Shown here: piece after piece, positions 38,340 through 52,305 of the stretch
Layout of the letters: every line of letters begins with the position of its first letter
Position numbering within the stretch: the stretch's first letter is position 1
Source of the DNA: Octopus sinensis
Lineage: Eukaryota
Reading direction: 5' to 3'
Assembly: GCF_006345805.1 (NCBI RefSeq)
Contig: NC_042997.1
Span: 3,658,001 to 3,722,000, forward strand
Length of the DNA: 64,000 bases
Notes under the pieces: model-generated
Databases searched by the model: none
Told to the model about the DNA's origin: nothing
What the model saw: the letters and a program-made list of their open reading frames with translations, nothing else
Position numbers and translations under genes: made by a program

Positions 38340-38800
38340 TGTTTGTTGTCTTAATTCATCTTTATTTGGGTTAGTCCCTTTGTCGCTTTTACCATTTTCA
38401 TAATTGTTCAATTCCTCCTACTGCCTGTGCTGCATTCATCTTCATTTTTCGTTTACCTAGTTTTTATTAGAATCATTTGTAGTTTGAGTTAAACTGCTTA
38501 TTGTCTAAAGAATAGTTGTTATTTTTAATCCGACAGATTTTTTGTGCTTTGGCTACGATATCTTGTCTTAGATGTTCTTTTGTGTCAGAGACATCTTGTT
38601 TAGTTACTTTTTATATTTCTCTAGCATTTTTCTTTCTTTCTTGCTTTCTGGTACTGTTCCTATCTCTTCTAATATTTTTTGGATATTAGTTTTCTAAACT
38701 AAATTTCTACTTTGTGATACTGCTATTTGTATGGAGCTGAGGGAGATTTCACTTTTCTTCGTGGCATCAGAGGATTCTGCTAATCTAATTTTCTTTCTTC
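38340..38800 (-). mobile_element. Old R4/Dong fragment
   Basis: KEHLRQDIVAKAQKICRIK..DNKQFNSNYK matches KEKLKQDILAKAQRIRRY..DQNKKFNSNPK at 11272-11658. Confidence 0.7.
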
Positions 38801-41800
38801 TGGCCATATTTGTCTTGTTTTGTTGTTGTTGCTATCTTAAGTCTAAGTTTTCAGAAGTACAAGCAGTGGCTAAAACTAAGTTCTTCTCTGGCTTTTAAAT
38901 CCCTAATTATACTGAATCTTGTAAAAGTATCATAAGCATGGTCTCCAAATTCATTGTTATTGAAAAGAGAAATAGATTTTTACGAGTATTACTTATTCGG
39001 TTATGGTCAACAATTTCGTTAGTGTTTGTAACGGTACATTATTTGTTTTAATCCCGATGATTTCTGATTAATTTTGGAGTAATCATTTACCGTTGTCATT
39101 TGTTTAACATCACCTGTATTATCTCAATAATTTCCTTCTTAGTCTTTCTGTTAAACGTCCCAGATCACCACCACCACCTCTACCACCACCATTACCCCCC
39201 CCCCCCATCATCATTATATCTTCAAACGTATCAGTAGAGGCTTTAGATGAGGCTTGAAAACAATTATGCCTTATTTCATTTATCCAAGGTCTAGTCGGTA
39301 GCGTATCAAGAAGATTCCTTCTGATATGTGCGTATCTGAACAAGTATTTTTGGTAGAAAAATCTAAATAAATGGAGAGAGAAACCAGGAAGCTTAAAGCG
39401 TCTGTCAAAACTATTCATTATTTTCTGTGTGTTTTCCTTATGTGCAAGAAACAAGGAAAATTAGTATGCTTTCTCACGATATTGTGTTGGATCCGCATTT
39501 TCTGAGGTTATGAAATGGCTAAGATGTTGGGTGTTGATCTTGTTTCAGATTTGCTATCGTTGATGATCGTAACAGGTCGTTTTTATTACAGAGTATGAAT
39601 ACTTAGCGGTTGCGAGCTTCATAAGCAGCGATGCAAAGTTCCTTAATATTTGTCGGAAAGAAGAAAAGGTTTCATTTTACCTAAGGCTGTTACATAGAGA
39701 AGAGGGTAATCGATGAGGTGATTGCTTTAAATTGTAAGTAACAATATGTTTGGTTAGAATTTTGAAGATGGATCTTTATATACTTTCAACGGCGAGATAA
39801 AATTGCTAATTAATGAGTTGTTGGAGAATAGTTGGAATTTTCATTATCAACTAGACGAAAAAGTGTATGTATCACAAAAGATTGTAGAATTATTGTAACG
39901 TAAGGGCAGTATAAGTATTCAACAACGTAAGCGCAGTATAAGTATTCAGTGTCTTGCGCAAAATACTTCATTTTGTTTCTCAGCATCTGTTGTCTCACTA
40001 CAGTATTTAACTCATTGCTTGTAAGTAACGTCCACATATCTATCCATATACGCATTCTCCCGCTCTCTTTATATCTGTACATCTGTGGAACTACGTTGTT
40101 TCCATACATGGCAATCTATAATCACAACCTTCAACCAGTTCTTAAAGAGTCATAGCACGAAACGTATGTATAATGCTGGACGCTCATAGAAGTGCCCCAG
40201 TATGGCCATATTGTAATGACTAAAACATGTAAAAAGATAAAAGATATATATGAATGTATGTATGTATGGACATACGCACATGAACTGTAAACACGTATGT
40301 GTGTGTATATATATATGCATGCACATATTTATACACACGCAAACGTATGCAATCTATATACGCACACAGAATGACACTCATAGCCACGCGCACGTGTACA
40401 CATATGTTTAGCTTTTTTACGGTAGAGTTAGCATTATGAAGTTTCATGTATGAACGATGAAAGAAACAAAATACCAAGAAATAAACCGGAAAGAAAAGCT
40501 TTGTTTCTCTTTTCCTGATATTTTATTAGCAACCAGACATCAATATTAATGCCCTTCAGCATTGATCTACACAGAATAACAAATGAGTCACGTAGAGCCA
40601 TAGAAAGAACAATGAGAAGACTATCATACTCGCTGCACACTAATACATTACGCTGAAAGAAAAAAAGGTCGCCATTAAGAAAACATGAGGGTCCAGATAC
40701 ATACATAAAGCTAGAACTTATATGCAGTGTGGTTAAAATGTCTAGTTATATGTACGCTCATATGCACCGAAACGTTGATCGCCTTACTATATGTTTCTAT
40801 ATATTATTAACAAATATAAATTATCAATATTTCAGAGCAACGCATCGTGGCAAGTATATTAAATTTTATCATCATTATCATCAATATCACCATCATATTC
40901 GTAGGCGTTTTCGGGATGTTGTTAGCACTGGCGATTATCCTCCTCCTCCTCCTCCTCATCATCATCATCAAGATCATCATCATCATCCTCATAGTCAACA
41001 TCATCCAGAGCAACAAAAAATTAAAAAATAAACGACAACAATAAGACAAACGGCAACACAAACAGCAACATAAGTATCTCAATCAATAGAAAAAAACATC
41101 AACAATCATCGCGGGATTAATGCGAATGAACCGGTAATGCTACATTAAGCGATTTTCACGCTCCATTGGTTTGTTCACAAGGAAGCTTGTACAGTACAAG
41201 TGTTTGTTTCACAGCTCAATCGTTAACAGGATTTCTTACATAGCTATTCATCTATTATATACTGATGGAAAACATGAAATAGTAAGATGCAGATGATTGT
41301 ATCGGAAGAAATGTTAGAATGCTTTTCTAATATAATTTCTGCATTTATTTCAGTCTGATAGCCAGAAATGTTTGAGTTACCAGCCTTGTAGTGTTTTGTC
41401 TTGACGTTCGCTTTTCTGAGATCAAACCCTACCGACACTAAATTCTACTTTGTTACACACCCACCAAATAAGTTACATGCAACGCTTGTAATTTTGTACA
41501 ATTTGATTTCACCAAAACTTATTTTTATAATAATCACTGCAATATCGGTCGTTTATATATTCTACATTTTATCAGGTAATAGGTTTAAAATATTCTCTCA
41601 CGTCTTTGATATAATCTATTCCTGAAAACATACTACTGAAAATTTCAGAAGCCACTCAACAGCTAAGCTTTTCTAATAATCTTTCGCAATATGAATTAAA
41701 CAAAAATGTAGACTGCGTCTCAAATGCAAGCCTAAGGCCAAGATGATTGGATTTTAAATATACTGTGTAAAGAAACTACCGAATATATACCATAAGTAGA

Positions 41801-43414
41801 TACACCTTAAGTTAGTTACACATTTTGTTGTCAATTCAATTCGCCAGTGGTTACTTAACAAAATACAGTTTTTCATTCAACCACAAAATATGTAAAGCAC
41901 TTCTTGTCGTCAGCTATTTTTCATATGAAGAAATTCCAGAAGAGAACATAGAAGACTGCAAATATATTGTAAATAATACTTAAACTATGTTTTAGAAATT
42001 AAAAGAAATAGATTTTGAGACTGATCTAGTGGTTAAGGAATATTATATCAGCACACTTTAAATGCACGTTAGCTGTTGTAAACATTAACTAATCGCTGAC
42101 ATGTGACAATATAATGCCTATTCGACATAAAGAGACTAAGCGAATGAACTGTATATATGCAGCACATAGTAAAACTGGAAATTATACCTTCAATTTTCAC
42201 TCAGAACGCTGATATATTGTTGAATATTCAACTATGCAATTTCCTTGGAATTAAACATATATTACAACTAGACATTGTATACAGCAGTATGCCCGTATAA
42301 AAGTATTTCTCTTTGGAAGTTCAAATGTAGTAGATAAGTTGTTTCTGCCATATATATAGAGGCTTGTTATCTGGTGTGTGATGGAAAAGAGATACTGAAG
42401 TGATGTGCTTAGTGTTATGTTTAATTGAGCAGAAATTTAGATTGACAGTTGAGGTTAAATATCGCTCGCATGCTGTCCGCACAAGCCCATTTGCATATTG
42501 GATTTTTAATGTACTAAATATGATTCGTGCAGTTGTAAATGAAATTGACTCATTAATTGACTCAGTAATCTTAATTTGATTCTGTTATGTCTTTCAGCTT
42601 TTGGCTGTGCTGGGGTACCGTCTTGGATTATTTCGTCAGCAAATGTATTGTTTGTAGTTCGTTTAAGCGTACTATCTATGTTAGTATTATATATAACCCC
42701 ATTACGTTTGTGTGTGTGTGTTGGAGAGTGTGAGTGTGTGCATGTGCATGTGCGTGAGTGTGTATGTGCGTTCGTGTGGAAAGAAACTAAAGAACGTATT
42801 ACGCTTTAAAAGTTGCCTGAATGAGGAAAAAGGCGTAGATATAAGTATTTATACCACTCACATTACTGAAGGACGAGAATGTGGGAAGTGAAGGACAGTT
42901 TTTTTTTTATAATGTATTCTCAGGTTTCTTTGACATCAATTCAATAAACTAAAGAATAAATTACTTCAACGAATAATATCTTCTATGAAGCAAAGTGTTG
43001 CTAAACTGTGGCTCATACTGAAAAATGACTAAAGGAAAGACTTAATCTTTCAACTCAGAAAACTATTCAGAAAAAGAAAATGAAGAAATTTAAAAGAATA
43101 ATAATAAAATCATAAAAGATGAAATAGTTTATTTGTACTCTAAGAGGAAGGAGATTTTATGCAAAAGTAAGTTTATTTGTGCCTGTACGTTTGTCTACGT
43201 GAAAATTAAACACGTTAAAATGTGAATTAAATATTAATGTTTTATGTTTACTTAGTAGGGGCAAGTGTGAATGTAGAAGATTTTATATTATGCTTTAGTA
43301 GTGTAAAGCATATACGTGTATATGTGCATGTATGTTTTACATCCCTGTCGAACAGGTGTCCCAAATTGATGCCATTTAGCGTACCACGCGTATATAATAC
43401 TTGCACGGATGAAA

Positions 43415-43625
43415 GCGGCGAGGTGGCAGTATCGTTAGTGTGTATTGCAAAATGTCTGGCGGTATTTCGTCCGTCATTACAATCTGAGTTCAAACTCCAG
43501 CGAAGTCGATGTTGCCTTTCATCCTTTCGCGTCGATAAAACAGGTACCAGTTGAGTGTTTGGGACGCTGTAATCGACTAGCCTCCTTTCACGAGCTTGCT
43601 GGCTTTGTGCTAAAATTTGAAATAA
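43415..43625 (+). mobile_element. tRNA-derived SINE (family A), most complete copy
   Basis: A-box-like tggcagtatcgttag, B-box-like gagttcaaactcc (~43487-43499); three other homologous copies in the window. Confidence 0.7.
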
Positions 43626-44289
43626 ATATGTGTGTGCATTTCAACTTATTTCTTAAAGTGTGACAAATAAGAATATAAGCCAATGTGTATTCTAACTGCC
43701 TCTCTAAATAAATATATACAGTATCATTAATATGTTATTTTTTTAGACTTTATTCGTCAGTACTTTCCTCGAAATATATTTATATTTTATTTCATTGGCG
43801 ATGAACAGTTTCGCTTCTCTGCCGTTGTGTATCCATTCTCTACCTCTTCATTTAACGTTGTTCGCCATCTCCATATCAGTTCATCTGTAACTTTGTCAAA
43901 TATACATCAGATTCTTTCACAGGCAGCTTTATCGATTGCTTTACGGTGTTTTTATATTACAATCAAAATCCAGCTATATCAACAACATCTGGCTGTCTAA
44001 TTATGTTCTATTTCCAAGGATTCATCCTTCCATATTTTCAATTTCTTTCATATTTCATAGCCTAAAATAGATGTTTGTTTCGTTGAAAGCTAATACTCAC
44101 TTTAGAAAGTTTGACACTGTCAATTTTTCCTATTATCATCAGATTGAAAGCATATTTAGTGGCTCGGAGCAGAGACATTTTACTATCTGCAAACGGACAC
44201 AATGTTAATAGTGAACTGATATTTTTTTCTTCCTGCATACACGTCCTTCCTTTCTCATTTCCTCTCACTTCCTCTCTCCCGCTCTACAC

Positions 44290-44316
44290 ACATATACACA
44301 TACGCACACACACACG

Positions 44317-44356
<40 letters not shown>

Positions 44357-44414
44357 GAGAGAGACATATGCAGATATACGTATGTGAATGTATATAAGCA
44401 TCTGTATGTATATA

Positions 44415-44492
<78 letters not shown>
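44290..44492. repeat. (CA)n/(TA)n compound microsatellite
   Basis: Seen directly. Confidence 0.95.
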
Positions 44493-44493
<1 letters not shown>

Positions 44494-44929
44494 AGAAAAA
44501 GCAAATAAATGCGAAGCAATTTGGGAAAAAATTAGTGCTCGAATACTGGAGGTAGATTCATATGCTTTCTTAAAAAGAAGCAAAACTATCACAAAAACTA
44601 TATCTCAGAGGCCCATGTTCCCGTTCGTCGGACAGTTTTCTTTCGAAAGGAACAAAATAAAGGCATATACATAAATATACAATTACCTTGATAGATACAC
44701 ATTTGAAAATAATTCTGTTTCATTGGGTCTTTCAACTAACGGTCTTTTCAATAAACGGTTGCATGGTATAACAATTACGGTGTAAGATCATATTATTATA
44801 AATATTGAAGAAATCCTTAAACGAAAAATAACTTATGTGGAGGGTAAATAAGTAATGGAAAATGTTTAAATAATTAGTGTGCAAAAAAAAAACAAACCTA
44901 TTTTGTTCCATTCAAATGAAACTGTCATA

Positions 44930-46955
44930 GGTTTGTGCGCCGCGTCAGGCTATAAGCACTATTCCACAGCACTCTATCTGCATATAACGAAGAGGATTGC
45001 TTTACCGACCTAGGCCGCCGAACATCCCACTGGATGCCAGCTCCTGGCCAGTTCAAAGCAGTTGACCTATTTGCGGGCATCTGTCAACCTGTTGTGGACC
45101 GGTTTAACATTCGCAGGTGTCCCCGACATCTGAACATCCCCCCAGTCAAATCTCCGAGGCCGCATTATCATAAAACCGGCCAACAAGGGTGGAGCAATGG
45201 TATTGTGGGGTGCAGACCTCTACAAGTCTGAAGCTCTCTACCTTCTTCCAGACGTCTCCTTCTTTTGCCTTCCGCCCCAACCCCACACCAACCTACCAAC
45301 AGACTGAGTCCTCCCTTTTCCATGACCTCATCTCCCCCTCCCGTCGCCCTCACATCGCCTCCAACCTCATTGTCCGCATCCTCGCACGCCCACCATTTAC
45401 TTCCTTCCGAAAATCTACAAGCTCAACACACCGGGACGCCCCATCGTCTCTGCCTGTAACTGCCCCACGGAACTGATCTGGAAATACCTCTCCTGAACAA
45501 TTCCCAACACATCCGTCGCCCTTCTTGACATTTCAGTCAACATACACAACTCCGTTCTCACTATTTCCATTCACTACGAATACACCACCTTGCAATCATA
45601 CCTCAACGTCCCCTCATTCCAACATAACCACACCAAGATCTTCTCCTCGCAAGTCCTACGTCTGCGCAGGCTCTGCAGAGACAACCATGACTTTGAGACT
45701 CAGTCGCAACTCATGGTTCGCCCCTTCATCCAACGTGGATATCCCCTCACCACTATCCACAGTGGCCTTGCTAGAACACGTTCCGTTGTCCGTGACTCTC
45801 CTCGCACCCACCTCACCCTAATCCGTCTCACGTTTCATTTCACGCTCTATTCTTCCACTATGCCCCTCCAACGAACTATTCTCCGACCCTGCGGGTTATT
45901 CCAGTCCGAACCCTCCATTTCACTAACATTTCTCCTTAACCTGGTTCATTTCCCTGCACCCGCCAACACTGCTGAACTTGCCCCTACCTCTCCAACACCA
46001 CGATCCTCACAGGCAACCATTATCGCCTATATTATATCACTGACTTCTTTTACCTGTACTTCTGGCAATGTTATCTACTGCATCCTCTGCTCCTTCTGTC
46101 CTTCTCTGTAAATCGGTTAAACGGGACGCCGCTGGACTGACCGGTTTGCGGAGCACCTCGAGACATTAGACTCAGCAATGACACCCCGGTCACTCGCCAT
46201 TTCTGCTCTAGTGTTCGTTCATTACAACACAGGTCTGCATTCGGATTTTCTTTGCACAGGGGCTATTCTGACTCTCGCCTTCGCCGTGAACTGGTATTAA
46301 TCTTCTTTCTTCGCTCTCTCTCTCACACCTACTTAATCTCTTCATTCCTACATATATTCTCCCCTCATTGTTACCCTCTCCATGCAAATCCTCACCCAAC
46401 ATATCTCAATCACACTTACCCACATCCTCACCCCAAACACCCCACCCTCACACCTCTGCACCGCAAAACCACCACACACGACAACACCACATTAAACCAC
46501 CCCACACCATTCCGCATACACTGGCACAGAATACTCCCCCAGCACGCACACATTACAGCCGCACGCACACATTACAGTCGCACGCACACATTACAGCCGC
46601 ACGCACACATCCACACGTCAAAATCACCAGCCCCTATCCATATGCACACATTTAAACATTCTCACATACATACCTACGCACGCGTACCTTCGTTTTGGGA
46701 TCACCGGCAATTTATTCTATCCTCTTCTTCCTACCTCTCATATCTAACTACCTTTGTCAAACCAGTCGCCGTGATTGACATCTAGCTCCAAAATTTTGTT
46801 TTTATTCTCTTTCTCTTTATCTACTCGTGTCAATTTCTTTTGAAGGGCGTAGGCACGAAAAGCAAAAGACTTTCTCACCATCCCGAGCATCAAACTAAAA
46901 CATCTGATTGTTGTTTATACACCAGTCTTAGTCTTTTGTTTTTCTTTAAAGTTCA
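44930..46955 (+). mobile_element. Penelope-like element of a second family, central RT deleted, with 3' pseudo-LTR
   Basis: IIIKPANKGGAMVLWGADLYKSEA; FLPKIYKLNTPGRPIVSACNCPTELI; SQVLRLRRLC..QRGYP; GIY-YIG FTCTSGNVIYCILCSFCPSL*IG*TGRR..DRFAEHL (46046-46160); pLTR at 46800-46955. Confidence 0.9.
46545..46612. repeat. Minisatellite gcacgcacacattacagyc (~19 bp), ~3.5 copies
   Basis: Seen directly. Confidence 0.8.
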
Positions 46956-47189
46956 GCTATATATATATTATACCAGAGGAAAATCTGAACCAAGTCAGAA
47001 CGAGTATCTCAAGTCATTTATCTAAACCTTTACTATTAGCCTAATATAATATATAATCCTATAAGTGAGGGCGGATAAGTGTATACTTATAAGCGCATGT
47101 ACGTGGGTGTGCGGGCGCGCATGTGAAGGTATAGACATGCACACTTACACGAATACTATGAATATTTTACCCCCTTACTTTTACTCCCT

Positions 47190-47740
47190 CCCCTCACTTA
47201 GCGGTCATTCAAATATTAACAGTATTTCCAAATCCGCGGTCAGCCCCCAGTATCGCTTCCATCTTTCGTCTGTCTTGTATACTTTAGTTGAAGACCGGGA
47301 CTTATGTCCTAGTCCCTCCTTGTGAGAGTATATTTTTCCGCACTTTTCCACTTTTGGATACTCTCTCCTATAACATCCCTCGATCATTTCCTTGAGTGCT
47401 GCGCCTATGACACCGTGGACTTGATTGTGTGGTCATGTATGCCTGTCAAGTGCTAGCCTGCAGTTTGACAGAACGTCTCACCGTCACTTTCTCTCCGCAT
47501 CTGCATTCATCTGTTGTTTGTATGTTCCAACGGATTAAACTGGCCGGTGAAGGTAAAACGTCGAAGGCAGGCACGATCAAGAAGGATGTTCTTGCTTGTT
47601 CTCAACCCCACATTTCCTTCATGAGATTCTGCTACTGACCACATATTCCTCTGACCCTGCTGGCTGCAATTCAAACGTACATTTCGCCTTCTTCCTCCTT
47701 TCACACTTCGTACACCACTGCCGCTTTCATCTCTTTTACA
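47190..47740 (-). mobile_element. HERO/NeSL-like RLE retrotransposon fragment (post-RT CCHC region)
   Basis: KEMWG*EQARTSFLI, AFDVLPSPASLIRWNIQTTDECRCG and VLSNCRLALDRHT*PHNQV parallel the HERO-type motif YDVLPSPANL..C..C..H.LS.C..AL.RY.WRH.QV. Confidence 0.7.
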
Positions 47741-48059
47741 TTGTTCATGGAAAATGGCTTGAAATTGTGCAGTGCGTATGTGCCTTGTGTATGTATTGTA
47801 TTAGATATTTCATTTTTGCTCGGTAGTTAATATTAATTCCGTTCTTTATTTTTTTCCTGTTCCTATATAAAAGAATCAATTATTCATAGCATACGGATCA
47901 GCAGAATCGAATTAACCTCCGCACCCGGAACTGCTTCACATATTAATCAAAGTTATGCATCTATACAAGTACTCACTCTTAATCGTATGAAATATATGTT
48001 TTCATTTAAATATGAGTAGGTGTGTGCTTGTGTCTGCGTGTATGTATGAGTGTGTGTTT

Positions 48060-48079
48060 TAGTATGTATGTATATATGA

Positions 48080-48142
<63 letters not shown>

Positions 48143-48235
48143 AATATATATATATTATATATATATATATATATAGATATTTATATGTATGTATGTATGC
48201 ATGCATGTATGCATGCATGTATGTATGCATCTATA
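48060..48235. repeat. (TA)n/(ATGT)n microsatellite
   Basis: Seen directly. Confidence 0.95.
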
Positions 48236-48240
48236 GCAAC

Positions 48241-48395
48241 ATGAGTGGCAGTGTGGTACATAACTTGCTAACCGACCATATGGTCCCCGGTTCAGTTTCA
48301 CTGTCCGTCACCTTGGGCGAGAGTCTTCTAAATATACCCTCGGATCGAACAAAGCCTTGTGAGTGGATTTGGCATCTGAATGATGTCAGATTTCA
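48241..48395 (+). mobile_element. tRNA-derived SINE (family B)
   Basis: A-box-like tggcagtgtggta, B-box-like ccggttcagtttc, followed by caccttgggcgagagtcttct..aaagccttgtgagtggatttgg. Confidence 0.65.
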
Positions 48396-50661
48396 GGCAT
48401 GCATGTATTTCTCTTTTTTCATTAATTGGTTAGGATTATATTATGTATCGTACGCGATCTTGGATTCAATCAGGGTGGAATAACATGATTACACTGAGAG
48501 AAGATGCTAGAAATGGCAAGCATAAGAGGAAACAAAACGATAAAATAGTGTTAACAAATGTTTCAATGGAAATGAAATTAACTTGTTTCGTTTAACCTAT
48601 GTTTCTTCCCTTTAATCTGCTACACGGAAAATATACGTAATGTGGAGAATTTACTGTTTTTCAACAAACTATATCTCTCAGGGATAGTAAGCTAAGACAC
48701 GACTAAAGTGCTTTAAACTGTGTGTAATCCAGTTAGGTCTTGTGTTCCAGCTCGATAAGAGAAACTAACCGATGATCATTTATCTTCTAAAGCTTTTGAC
48801 CTCCAGTTATGAAGATTACGGCAGATTCTTTATGTAATACTTACGCTCGGTTAATCAGTTACTCATACCCTGTATAGTTATCCTTTTAATCCGTTAATGT
48901 ACGCCTCGATCTCTCTATGTTTCTCCACTTGATTGTGTGTGGTATACTGATCTCCTTCATGTTCTAGATATCACTTGCTAAATTCTGCTTTTGTCCACGG
49001 GTTTGAAAAAAATTGGCGATTCGCGTAATTCTTTCTGAATTCAATTTCGCATTGTCGAAAACACTTTTCTTTCTTTTGCTTCTCTTATTTGGCAGAAGGA
49101 AGGTGACTTAGGCTTCGTTAACCATGGTTATCTAATCTAGAGAGCAGGTATCTAGATGCCCGCAATTGCAATCTGGAGTATGCATATTTCATGCCGCAAC
49201 TGTAGAATTTTCCCGAATAATTTAGGAAGGTTTCTTGCTATAGCTATCAGGGATCTGTTATTTTATCAAGTATAGGAATAGTTTTACGTACATTAGTTCT
49301 AACATCCGCGGACAAATGTGGATGGGGAGAGCAATGTTACTTTCATAAGTGTATTTGTAGACTCCGTTGGACGAAATGCATATCATCTCTTTCAGTCCAG
49401 GACGCTATTATAGCATGGGTGGGGCACCTTACCGTAAAATCTCTTCAGCGGAAATGCATTGTGAAACATATTAATAACGCTAAATATGTTTTTAAACGCT
49501 ACTGGGCGATTTGTGTATGTGCGTAAATTTAATATTTGCCGTACAGTAGGGTTTGTAATTGTTTGGATGTACGGCCAAGGAAACGACACCGAAGTCGTAT
49601 TTCATGAGTGTTGTAGAGACAGATGAATTTAGGTGTTTTTTCAGAAAGACAGATGAATATAGGTTTCTCTTTCTTTCCTACCGTTATGTAGTGAATGAAC
49701 GTCTTAGATGTGGGCTTTGACCAATCGCTTATCTCGGTATAAATTTCTTGTATAAATATACAATATATAAATATACTTCATAAAATGCCCTACTCGATTA
49801 CATGCGCCAGCACTGACCTGTGAATCCAACGATACGTCAAATATCTCGTCTCGTTCGAATTTCTTGATTAAGCATAACCGCTTCTGAAGAAGAGAGTTTA
49901 TATGTACAAACGCTATATATATATATATATTATATATATATATTATATATATATATATATATTATATATATTTGTGTGTGTGTGTGTGTGTTTGTTTGTT
50001 GTTCAAATAATCTATCATGACATGTGACTTGAAGTATCTTTCTGCTGACCCATGCAACAAGTGTAACGTATACTATATATAAATATACAAGACGACTTAT
50101 TATATCATATTCTATTATATATCATGGATAGAACATTTAAAGAGTTACGCACTCAGTTCAGTGCTTTCTTCTCAACGCATTTCCTCGTATATATGATCAA
50201 TTTTCAATCCGATCGGTCATTCCATTTTCTTGATCCCTCTGCGTCTTTCCATTGGCATGGATTGTCTAGATATTTCGTACTTCTGATCCAACTTACCTTG
50301 CTTCGAACAACATGAAAGAATTTATACTTCACAAAAATATTTACGATTTAAATATTGCACTCTCCACACTAGGATTTCTCTTATTTTCTAAAAATTCGAT
50401 TATTTTCACACATATATATATTATCTTCTAATCGTAAACACACTATATTCACACTTGCAACCGTAACTATTCCCTACGTCTGTGTATTTCTTTTGAGCGT
50501 TCACTACCTTTTTCTCCACAAATACAGGAATACATACAAAGGTAGACGCACACAAAGAAAAACAGCGTCATATTCATGGGCCTCTTGAGTGTAATCATGT
50601 ATGGATTTGAATTTTCTGTGCATATGTGCGTACAGCGTACGTATCTACGTATATATGTATG

Positions 50662-50705
<44 letters not shown>

Positions 50706-52305
50706 TTGTTAATATTCACTACATTACATATTGGCTTATTGATTTTCAATATTCCACTTTTCTCACTCATCTTCCAATTACCATTTACATTTGTAACTAT
50801 GTTAACCCTCCTCTCCTCGCCATACACAACCTTATTTACTTCCAATTTCTATCCTTAAAATATAGTTGTTATTTTCTTTTTATTATTTCTGTTTCCACTA
50901 TTCAATTGAAAACCGAAAGAAATATAAATTACATGATCTATAACTCTTGAACATCTTTTAGAGTAGGATTCTGCACTTTTTTTCATGCATTTGTTTTCAA
51001 GTATTATTGTTGATATCTCTCGTCTCCTTTCCAAATTATATCTTTTGAAAATCTATATTTATAGTCCTTTCACACACACAACATATGCACATGTAGTTAT
51101 CTATGTATATGGGTGTATGTATATGTAATATCTACTATATTTTACACATTATCAGTACACAAACAATACCATACGCACACACATAGACAAATATTCACAA
51201 ACACTCTCTCGCTCACACACGCGCAGACACATAGGCAAACACACTCACATACAGACATACACACACACACACACAAACAGACATACACAAACATGCATAC
51301 TCATACGAATCATCATAACTCGAAAATATATGGTGTTTGCTATTAATGGTAAGGATATGTGTTTAACAATAACTACGGAATATCATCTATGTAAAGAATA
51401 GCTTCGTAGATTCTCAGCCTAATCTTCAGGTTTTTTATAAGTTCTCTTCCTATTATTATCGGATCTTGCATTAAGAAATTTATAAGCGGTATCTGTTAAC
51501 TTGTAACGATTCGAGGGAAACGCAAGTCAAAGCAAATAGGAGAAGAAATGTCTTTTGTGTTGTCTGACCTAATTTGCTCAATTTAAATATAATCACAGAA
51601 CCAAATATTAGTTCTACCTCTTTGGAGCTTGATAACTCGCAGAAGAGCACATATTCTCTCCCATCACAAGTGTCACCCACTCTGTTTGTCAATACAAAGC
51701 GGTAGGCCCTTAGATTGCTAAATGTCCTTAGTATAAGAACAACTGGAAGCAGACTTATATTACATTATAACGATGAAAATAAAGTGCCGTTTCAACTAAT
51801 GTTTTTTTTTCCCATAATTCATTAGCAACATATAAAGTTTTACGCATTGTGGCCCCCGACTTAGAACTACATAGCTTCTGAATCAAATGCTCCCTAAGTC
51901 GTTACGATCTATTGACAGCAGAGTTTAAGAATTATAGCATTCTCTAACAAATATTGCCTTTCTGTGAAGAGATAGCTCAGTTTTCTACTGCTGGAGGTGA
52001 GAAATGAACTGTCAAAATCAATGTTTGAACTGCATATATTAGCAAAATATTTCTATTGCATTTCCACTAACTCTGACACTTTCTATCTGCTAGATCCACA
52101 CTCGAAAGAATGAATATGCACCTCATTCAATTTGAAATACCCATTCTCTACCAAGCAGCATCCGTGGATACTTAGGAAATGAGAACATGTCTTCCTCTAA
52201 TCGAAATTCCGCTGCCTAGCTTCCCACAAAACGCTTCTACCGACAAAAGATGCAATCTCCCGCAACATACCTCCCAGATCATTATATATATATATATATA
52301 TATAT

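Noticed and set aside
41216-42680. Small exon-like segments at 41216-41282 and ~42598-42650
   Set aside because: Phases cannot be joined consistently and the peptides are unrecognised
44615-44655. Minus-strand CCGACGAacggGAAC hammerhead-like string
   Set aside because: Core mismatches and no stems; at most a relic
43415-48395. tRNA genes
   Set aside because: A/B-box-like heads continue into SINE bodies, and no cloverleaf could be formed
49870-49920. CTGAAGAagagag..caaacgct next to (TA)n
   Set aside because: No stem II and no GAAA
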